Positions 57,622-64,000 of a stretch of DNA of 64,000 nt are shown here, in pieces. The DNA lies in assembly GCA_009694725.1 (NCBI GenBank), contig SICV01000003.1:21381-85380 (forward strand), in the 5' to 3' direction. The position numbers and the translations under genes were made by a program. This DNA comes from Candidatus Pacearchaeota archaeon (GTDB taxonomy: Archaea; Nanobdellota; Nanobdellia; Pacearchaeales; GW2011-AR1). Position 1 is the first letter of the stretch, and every line of letters begins with the position of its first letter. The notes beneath the pieces were generated by a model that saw nothing but the letters and a program-made list of their open reading frames with translations, searched no databases and was not told the DNA's origin.

Positions 57622-59226
57622 TTATGCTTTCTGATTGAGGAACTCAGTAATGTCTAATTCAAGGATGCTCAGAGGCATCTTGAGTCCGGCGTTTTTGAGC
57701 GTTGAGGGGTGAATTTCTCCTGCGTAGCCGATCTCTTTTTTATTGTGTATAATGAGGGCTGAGCGTCCCGGGATACTGAGAGGGGTAGGATGCGATTTGA
57801 GCACCAGGGGAAATTGTAGTTGTTCAGTGAGATATGCCACTACTTGTTGCATATGAGTGATGGTACCGGGAGAAGCGGTAATGAGCAGATGCGTGCACTC
57901 GGTCCCTTGTTCATCAAAGACCGTACCTATTTCAAAGAAATTTTGAGGATAGGACACATCTTTGTTTTCATGATAGACGCGTAAGGCAGGAATAAGTAAA
58001 TTTGGACGAAGATATTTATACTCTGTTTTTGCTCCTTCCATTACGAGTGCCTTTAGGTGATATTTATTTTTTTCTTCTTCAGTAATTGCGTGATAGGTAG
58101 TTATTTCTTGTAATTCAAGCCCTATGAGAAGGTCGGTTATTTTTCGTTCTTGTTTTCTTTTGTCTGATTCATTCCCGGTTGTTGCAAAACTAGGAAGTGT
58201 AGGAATAAGTTTTTCATACCCATATGCAATTGCTATATCCTCAATGAGATCTACTTCGTGCATGATATCTATACGCCAGGGGGGCGTGGCAATCTGTCCT
58301 TTTTCATAACGGTGCCCCATTTTTTCACATAACTTGGGTAGCTCTTTTTCGGTAATGTTTGTTCCGAGAAGGGCATTAGCATGTTCAAGGGAGAATGGTT
58401 TTTTTGTGTAGGTAAGTTGAGGGGTTATGGATGTTTCTTTTTCACGCTCTATTGTGATTCCATGGATCGTTCCCCCTAGCTCGGCACAGAGGGTGGTAAG
58501 AAGAGCTAGGACGTTGTGTAGAGTCGGAAGATGATTGCCTGAACATTCAATAAATAACTGTTTTGTTGCGATTGTGATTTGACCGGTGTCTGCACTGTTG
58601 ATAATTGGAGGCATAGATAGAATTGCCCCTGTTGCATCAATGAAGAGAGGATATTTTTGTGCTTTTTCTAAGAGATGTGCGTATTCTTTTCCTGTTGGAT
58701 GAGTCGTCAGTATTTCCTCAGCAGTGAATGTTTTTGTTGCACCGAGTGGGGTGAAGGTGATATCTTTCGGTTTTTTTGCTGTAAACGTGAGAGGAAATGC
58801 TATTTTTTCAGCAGGATACATACCAATTGCGCATTTCTTTCGTTTTCGTCCGATTGTTTTATGTAACTTTTCTTGAATGTCTATTAGTGTTTCTAGTATA
58901 TCTGAAGTGATGGTCAGATCCCGTATTATCGCTCCTACGGTAAAGGGACGCACTTCCGCGACTTCAGGTTTAATGATGATGCGATGTATTTTTTCTGGTT
59001 TGAGTACGGGATAGTCTACAGGTTTTCGTTTACCGAGATAGAGTTGTACCGCTCGTACAAATCCTTGTAATGAATAGAGATCTGGTCGATTTGCAAGTGC
59101 TTCAACTTCAAGTCCTTCAGGGGTGAGTTCTGCAGGAATGCCCATGTTTTGTATTTCTTCGATTGCTTTTGGAGTAAGTGAAAGATTTTTTGCGAGTGCT
59201 TGGGTTGTAAATTGTACTTTAGCCAT
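57622..59226 (-). CDS. pheT: phenylalanyl-tRNA synthetase beta subunit (archaeal type)
   Basis: 534 aa; B3/B4 and B5 domain arrangement of archaeal PheT; 8-nt overlap with pheS. Confidence 0.85.
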   Translation of the reverse strand: MAKVQFTTQALAKNLSLTPKAIEEIQNMGIPAELTPEGLEVEALANRPDLYSLQGFVRAVQLYLGKRKPVDYPVLKPEKIHRIIIKPEVAEVRPFTVGAIIRDLTITSDILETLIDIQEKLHKTIGRKRKKCAIGMYPAEKIAFPLTFTAKKPKDITFTPLGATKTFTAEEILTTHPTGKEYAHLLEKAQKYPLFIDATGAILSMPPIINSADTGQITIATKQLFIECSGNHLPTLHNVLALLTTLCAELGGTIHGITIEREKETSITPQLTYTKKPFSLEHANALLGTNITEKELPKLCEKMGHRYEKGQIATPPWRIDIMHEVDLIEDIAIAYGYEKLIPTLPSFATTGNESDKRKQERKITDLLIGLELQEITTYHAITEEEKNKYHLKALVMEGAKTEYKYLRPNLLIPALRVYHENKDVSYPQNFFEIGTVFDEQGTECTHLLITASPGTITHMQQVVAYLTEQLQFPLVLKSHPTPLSIPGRSALIIHNKKEIGYAGEIHPSTLKNAGLKMPLSILELDITEFLNQKA

Positions 59227-60724
59227 GTAGTCCTCCTCGTGGGATTGTTCTTATTTGTTTGAGGTTATTACGATACATATCGCGCAAGTCGGTTATTTTG
59301 TATGCGTCCATGATGATTCTATCAAATCCTTGGCCCCAGGCAAGAATAGGGATTGGTTTGCCAATAAGTGCAGCGCTTACTTCTGGTCTAAAAATGCCTG
59401 CTCCTCCAAGTTCAAGCCAGATTTTTTTGCTTGGATGCCAGACTTGTATTTCTACCGAGGGTTCAGTATAGGGGAAGAAGCTTGGAACAAATTTTATTTT
59501 TTCAAATCCCATTTTTGTATAGAATTCGGTAAGATAGCCGAGTAAATGGCAGAATGTAGCTTTTTCATCAATTACAATGCCTTCCGTCTGATAGAATTCG
59601 AATCCATGACTCCAATCTACTGTTTCATTGCGAAATACTTTGCCAATGGCGAAATACTTTGCGGGAAGGTTATCTGTTTTGAGAGTGGCTACGGTTCGTG
59701 CAGAGAGAGACGTCGTATGTGTTCTCAATACCGCTTGTTGAGCTTTTTTAGGGCTCCAAGTATATTGCCATCCGGTACTGCCCACAATTCCCTGTTCGTG
59801 TGCTTGTTGTACCCGTTTGATTAACTTCGTTTCTGGAAGTGGACGAGTAAGGGGGAGAAAGAAAGTGTCTTGCATTTCTCTGCCTGGATGATCTTGAGGA
59901 GTATAGAGGGCATCGAATACCCAAAATTCATTGTCAATCATTGTGCCCGTCATTTCGGTGAAACCCATATCAGTCCAGATGCGTACCGCTTTTTCTATTG
60001 CTTCATTCACGAAGTGTCTTTTCCCCCCTGTGAGGGGTGCAACAGGAAGTGAGAGATCATATGCTCGAAATTGTTTTGCTCCCTGCCAATTTCTAATGAG
60101 TTCAGGGGTGACTTCTTCGAGTACGTTTGATTCGATGGTAGTACCTGCAAGTTCTTTTCCGAGTGGAGTCAAAGTGTATGAACGCTCGGTGTGCTCTTTA
60201 AGTTCAATAATATCTTTTCTTTTGTGGAGTGCGATACAGGCAGGCACCAGTTCAGGTGTGAGTGTTTCTTTTACAAGCGGCAGTTTTTCTATTAATTGCT
60301 CTTCCAGCGTTTTTTTCATACATTCTGCGGGTGATGCGGTTAGCACAATTGCTCCTTGGTCTAATGAAATCATTCCTTTACTTTTGAGAATACCAAGCGA
60401 TACGTTGTATTCATTTTCTGAAAGTCCTGCTACTTTTTGTGCTTCTAAAAGTGGTAGAGGGTGATGCGGTTTGAGAATAGAAAGCAACTTTCGTTCGGGA
60501 AGTCCGGTTCGTGCGTACCGGATACCATTGACTCCGGTATCAATGAGGGTTTTTTTGGTTGTTTTAAGTATGAGGAGGCCCTTTGTCTCTAAGGAAAGGA
60601 GTGTTTTGACCAGCGTTGCTTCTTCTAATCCGGTAGCTTCTGTAAGTTCTGTATAGGGTTTGTTGAGATGAGAGATGAGGGTGCGTTCATGTGTTGAAAG
60701 TGTAGCAATGAGCGCATTCTTCAT
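59219..60724 (-). CDS. pheS: phenylalanyl-tRNA synthetase alpha subunit (archaeal type)
   Basis: Class II motifs (motif 2 FRNE..., motif 3 GxGxGfDR: WGQGFDRIIM); the ORF extends to 60811, but a start at MKNALIATLS avoids overlap with the upstream small ORF. Confidence 0.85.
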   Translation of the reverse strand: MKNALIATLSTHERTLISHLNKPYTELTEATGLEEATLVKTLLSLETKGLLILKTTKKTLIDTGVNGIRYARTGLPERKLLSILKPHHPLPLLEAQKVAGLSENEYNVSLGILKSKGMISLDQGAIVLTASPAECMKKTLEEQLIEKLPLVKETLTPELVPACIALHKRKDIIELKEHTERSYTLTPLGKELAGTTIESNVLEEVTPELIRNWQGAKQFRAYDLSLPVAPLTGGKRHFVNEAIEKAVRIWTDMGFTEMTGTMIDNEFWVFDALYTPQDHPGREMQDTFFLPLTRPLPETKLIKRVQQAHEQGIVGSTGWQYTWSPKKAQQAVLRTHTTSLSARTVATLKTDNLPAKYFAIGKVFRNETVDWSHGFEFYQTEGIVIDEKATFCHLLGYLTEFYTKMGFEKIKFVPSFFPYTEPSVEIQVWHPSKKIWLELGGAGIFRPEVSAALIGKPIPILAWGQGFDRIIMDAYKITDLRDMYRNNLKQIRTIPRGGLHG

Positions 60725-60759
60725 AGGTGGAAGGGGGGGTTTGGGTATAAAAATGTGTT

Positions 60760-61020
60760 TTAAGGGTAGCCGAGGGCTTGTTTGAGTATCTTTGCTTCTT
60801 GTTCCGTACATCCAGTTATATGTAGCGGTATTTTCATCTTGATGAGGAGAGGAATATCTGCTTTGATTCGAGCGAGTACTTGTGCTCGTTTTATGGGGGA
60901 TATTACCCTTAATTCGGTAAGGTTGAGGGGGTAGGCTTCTTTTTTAGTTTTCATTTCTCGTAATTGTACTTCAGTATAAGGGCTGGCAAGCAGACGAAAC
61001 GTATCTTGTGTTTTACCCAT
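60760..61020 (-). CDS. hypothetical small protein
   Basis: 86 aa between pyrH and pheS; no motif. Confidence 0.3.
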   Translation of the reverse strand: MGKTQDTFRLLASPYTEVQLREMKTKKEAYPLNLTELRVISPIKRAQVLARIKADIPLLIKMKIPLHITGCTEQEAKILKQALGYP

Positions 61021-61699
61021 GTATCGTTGTTCCTTTCCATTTTTTTCCAGCGAGGAATGCTGAAAAATTAGACATATTTCCTGAAAGAAGGTATGTCAGT
61101 GTATGATTTTTTCGAATAATTGTTGAAGCTTGTTGATCAAGGATAAAGTGTTGGCCCGGGTGGAACGAGAGGGCATGTGCCTTTTTTTCAAATGCTTTCC
61201 AGGAAATAATTTGGATGAGCTTGGCGTTTGTGTGTGTACGTGGGTCTGCAGTATAGAGTCCCGTTGTATCGCTTAAATTGATAAGGGGGCACTTAAGAAG
61301 TGTCGCTAATTTTGCAGCGGTTGTATCTGTTGTGGCATGAGGTGCCCAGCGTAATGCGCCACAAATGACTGGGTTGTTTTTTCTGAGGGCAGTGTATACA
61401 TGTTTCATATTCAGTAAGAGTGTATCATTTGTCTGTTTGCCAAACCATTGCATAAGAAATAAGGCATTGACACGTGTTGCTCGAATCCCTGCACGTGCTT
61501 GTTCATAGATAGAACGTTTTTCTTTTTTCAACGCAGTGATGGCTGTGCGTGCAAGGTAGCCACCCCCACAGACAATAATAAATTGATATGTACGGGTATG
61601 TTGATTGAGGGTTTTTTTAAGTTCGTGGAGAAATCGATAGTCTATCTCTTGAGGAATGATTAATGATCCTCCTACGCTGATAACTAGTTTCTTTTTCAT
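61013..61699 (-). CDS. pyrH: uridylate (UMP) kinase
   Basis: Amino-acid-kinase fold VISVGGSLI; archaeal PyrH length (228 aa). Confidence 0.8.
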   Translation of the reverse strand: MKKKLVISVGGSLIIPQEIDYRFLHELKKTLNQHTRTYQFIIVCGGGYLARTAITALKKEKRSIYEQARAGIRATRVNALFLMQWFGKQTNDTLLLNMKHVYTALRKNNPVICGALRWAPHATTDTTAAKLATLLKCPLINLSDTTGLYTADPRTHTNAKLIQIISWKAFEKKAHALSFHPGQHFILDQQASTIIRKNHTLTYLLSGNMSNFSAFLAGKKWKGTTIHG

Positions 61700-61701
61700 A
61701 G

Positions 61702-62511
61702 TTATCTCCTCTGAATAATATACCGATTTCCAATCATCTCTGAAAGGACGGCAGTTATAATATACGGTCCGATAATTGCTTTGTATAATCCTTCCCCAAT
61801 CGGTATTTTTGTTTTTTGAGCTACTTCTTGTAAGAATGCGAGTATTGCTTCACGATCTAATGATTGGGAAGTAACTTGGGGCCTGTTTTGTTTCACGATG
61901 ACCAATGGTTTTCCTGGTCCCGGGCATTCAACACTTTGTACTCTTGGATCATTGAGCCATTGTTGTATTGTCTGATTTGTAAACGTAATCGCTTGAGCGT
62001 TTTGAGGAACCGTGGGACGAGGGGGCATTGAGGATTGATATGCAGCAGGTCTTAGAGGGAGAGGACGGGAAACAGGAGGTGTAAGGGGAAGGAGGGGTTG
62101 TTTAAGGGGAATAAACTGCGTAGTGTTTGGTTTGAGCGAAGGAAGTAATTGTGGATTTTTTTGTATTTGTGTTGTTTGTGGACTATAAGTGGTATTGATC
62201 GAGGTATATCCTTCTGCTGTTGCAGGTTCAGTAGCTTGAGAAGATTCAATTTGAAGAAGAGGGATTCTATTTTGAGCGAGCACTCGTGCTTTTTGTTGCT
62301 TACGTACTGCTTCTTGATAGACGGCAGTATTCAGAATTAATGCTCGGACAAATGCACGCAGAAATACCTGGGGTGCGCTCTCAGATGAATTAGAATCGAG
62401 GGAGCGGGCGCGAGGCAATTGGTGCGTTCGAGGTCTCGGTAGCTTCTTCAGGTTGCTTTCCATAGACGCGTTCGCGGATATGATCCTCCATGAGTGTAAG
62501 GCCCTTCGCAA
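61702..62511 (-). CDS. hypothetical Pro/Gln-rich protein
   Basis: 269 aa; low-complexity P/Q-rich centre; N-terminal part overlaps ORF 62390..62764 in another frame, so the real start is probably internal. Confidence 0.35.
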   Translation of the reverse strand: MRRALHSWRIISANASMESNLKKLPRPRTHQLPRARSLDSNSSESAPQVFLRAFVRALILNTAVYQEAVRKQQKARVLAQNRIPLLQIESSQATEPATAEGYTSINTTYSPQTTQIQKNPQLLPSLKPNTTQFIPLKQPLLPLTPPVSRPLPLRPAAYQSSMPPRPTVPQNAQAITFTNQTIQQWLNDPRVQSVECPGPGKPLVIVKQNRPQVTSQSLDREAILAFLQEVAQKTKIPIGEGLYKAIIGPYIITAVLSEMIGNRYIIQRR

Positions 62512-62764
62512 TTGTTTTATTTTGTCCGAGTAGGAGATCGATTTTTTCCAAGAATTCTTTATCTTTATCTAATCCTTGATTTGAAGGGTGTTCGGCGAAG
62601 GTACGAGCGGTTGCTTCGAAGAGTGCAAGTAAATCTGAGAGTTGATGAGAGACTTTATCAAAGCGTTCGATAACTTGCGTATGTACTTTTTGGAGCTCAA
62701 TTAGATTTTTTACTAAGAGTTCCTGCATTGCTGGAGAAACATCTACCATCTTTTTTCTCGGCAT
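62390..62764 (-). CDS. hypothetical helical protein
   Basis: 124 aa; codon usage plausible; overlaps the 5' part of the preceding ORF. Confidence 0.35.
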   Translation of the reverse strand: MPRKKMVDVSPAMQELLVKNLIELQKVHTQVIERFDKVSHQLSDLLALFEATARTFAEHPSNQGLDKDKEFLEKIDLLLGQNKTIAKGLTLMEDHIRERVYGKQPEEATETSNAPIASRPLPRF

Positions 62765-62841
62765 AGGTTAGCGAGGAGGATTTTGTTTATAAAGGTTGTT
62801 ACGAGGAAAGCTTAAAAGGGGAAGCTCTGTCCTTCTGTTAA

Positions 62842-62930
62842 GGATCCGTCGTATAATGGTTAATATGTCCGCCTCCAGAATTTTTGGATGGTGAAAGCGG
62901 ACGATGGGGGTTCGATTCCCTCCGGGTCCA
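62842..62930 (+). tRNA. tRNA-Trp(CCA) with 17-nt intron at 37/38
   Basis: Manual fold: acceptor GGATCCG/CGGGTCC (one G-U); D-arm GTAT-AATGGTTA-ATAT; anticodon stem TCCGC/GCGGA with loop CTCCAG|intron|A; variable loop CGAT; T-arm GGGGG-TTCGATT-CCCTC; discriminator A. Confidence 0.75.
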
Positions 62931-62941
62931 TTCATTTATAC

Positions 62942-63556
62942 ATGGCTTTTTCCTTTCCTCAACGATACCCTCTCCTTTCAGAGATTTCTCCCCTTGTCCC
63001 TTTATTTGCGCAAGTTTTTGATGCTTTAAGATTGCCCTATGTTGTGCGGAAGGGGCGAGATCCCGTTTCTCGTGCACTTTGCATGCGTGTTCATCAAGAC
63101 ATCGCTTTGTACGTTGTTGCACCTACCCCGTTTGCTTCTCTTTGTGCTGCTCAAGGATATTCTCCTGCTCGTCCTCTTTTAGGATTTGCCGATTTTACCT
63201 CTCGCACTGCTTTTGTACAAGAAGGTTCTGCTGCTTGTGTTATTGCCGTTGCTGCACATGAACTGGGGCATCTTTTGAAACCACGTATTCCTCAGAAACG
63301 GGATGAAGAAGCTGCCGCTTATGCTTTTGAATATGCGTGTGCATGTGCGCTTCAACATCATCGTATTGAGGGATGTAGATATGAAGTTGTTGATGAAGCC
63401 TTATCTCCCCCACATCATTTATTCCCTGCGCATGTTAAAGCACATCACTTTGTAACACAGAACCTTCTTCGAGGTGAAGATCCTTTGGAATTATATCGGG
63501 AGCTTACTATGGGGAACCTATGGGTACCTACGAAGCGACGTAAACCTGCCCTCTAA
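62942..63556 (+). CDS. hypothetical protein with HELGH zinc-binding motif
   Basis: The track ORF starts at 62888 inside tRNA-Trp; start at MAFSFPQ is preferred; VAAHELGHLL HExxH motif. Confidence 0.4.
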   Translation: MAFSFPQRYPLLSEISPLVPLFAQVFDALRLPYVVRKGRDPVSRALCMRVHQDIALYVVAPTPFASLCAAQGYSPARPLLGFADFTSRTAFVQEGSAACVIAVAAHELGHLLKPRIPQKRDEEAAAYAFEYACACALQHHRIEGCRYEVVDEALSPPHHLFPAHVKAHHFVTQNLLRGEDPLELYRELTMGNLWVPTKRRKPAL

Positions 63557-63699
63557 GAAGCAACCACACTTTTAAAGAAAAAGCGTCGGCGCGCTGTCTA
63601 CTAAAAGGGTAAAGAGCGACGCCGACTATGAGGGTGAACGGGTGAAGGGTGAGGTGAATGGGATACTGTAGAAGGTTTGGAAACGATATATAAAGGTTT

Positions 63700-63924
63700 T
63701 TATCCCAGTTTCTTCAATTGTTCAATTTCTTCAAAGGTGATGGATGAACCTTTGAATTTGGTGGCATAGAGTGCTGCGGCAAGCGCTTGCTTAGTGTTAG
63801 GATGGAGGATGCCTTGTTTGTAGGCGACAACAACGAGTTCTGAGGAGCGTATACATCGGAATGCTGAGAATACTGAGAGATCTTGATAGGTGAGGGTGAT
63901 GCGTTTGTGGAGTTTATCTGACAT
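63700..63924 (-). CDS. hypothetical small protein
   Basis: 74 aa ORF near the window edge; no motif. Confidence 0.3.
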   Translation of the reverse strand: MSDKLHKRITLTYQDLSVFSAFRCIRSSELVVVAYKQGILHPNTKQALAAALYATKFKGSSITFEEIEQLKKLG

Positions 63925-64000
63925 CAGACGTTCGAGATTGCGCGGAGCTTCAATGAGGAGACGGGTGGTACGTTCGTCAATGGCAATGAGATTATTGATG

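Noticed and set aside
1-64000. CRISPR arrays, rRNA genes, integrase/transposase genes
   Set aside because: No regularly spaced short direct repeats with unique spacers were seen. The only tandem repeats (20810-21005) are ~84-nt units without spacer structure. No rRNA-like conserved blocks and no tyrosine or serine recombinase or transposase-like ORF were recognised.

Overview
Archaeal chromosomal segment from a small, fairly AT-rich genome. The evidence is family B DNA polymerase, MCM, RFC small and large subunits, FEN-1, aRF1, TFS, ribosomal protein L15e, NAC, archaeal-type PheRS alpha/beta, and intron-containing tRNAs spliced at the canonical 37/38 position. About two thirds of the window is tightly packed information-processing and housekeeping genes, mostly on the minus strand from 0 to 35 kb: mcm, aRF1, a class I aaRS (ValRS-like), nth-like, MinD, metG, L15e, topoisomerase IA, TFS, signal peptidase, CDC48, MetAP2, a Nop2/Sun methyltransferase with a PUA partner, polB, fen1, RFC, PheRS, pyrH and SOD. 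I count seven tRNAs. tRNA-Lys(CUU) has a 54-nt intron, tRNA-Trp(CCA) a 17-nt intron, and a candidate tRNA-Glu(CUC) an unusually long (~125 nt) intron; the others are Ile(GAU), Gly(CCC), Thr(GGU) and Gln(CUG). The stretch from 38 to 46 kb looks accessory. It holds an orphan wHTH-nucleotidyltransferase (MNT), a four-gene membrane-protein cluster with three tandem paralogs and a duplicated promoter, a RelE/RHH toxin-antitoxin pair, and a stand-alone HerA/DUF87-like P-loop ATPase with small unknown neighbours. Other notable points follow. A free-standing double-motif LAGLIDADG homing endonuclease abuts tRNA-Gly and is followed by ~84-nt tandem repeats carrying a tRNA 3'-end-like fragment and a conserved hairpin. 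A recurrent, strand-biased intergenic sequence family (core GGTATCTGATGTAYGT) appears repeatedly. There is a DisA-like diadenylate cyclase. VKOR plus a DsbA-like protein make up a disulfide-bond machinery. The Nth homolog lacks the Fe-S cysteines. No CRISPR array, rRNA or integrase was seen. All calls are from reading the translated ORFs and the sequence; no database search was run.
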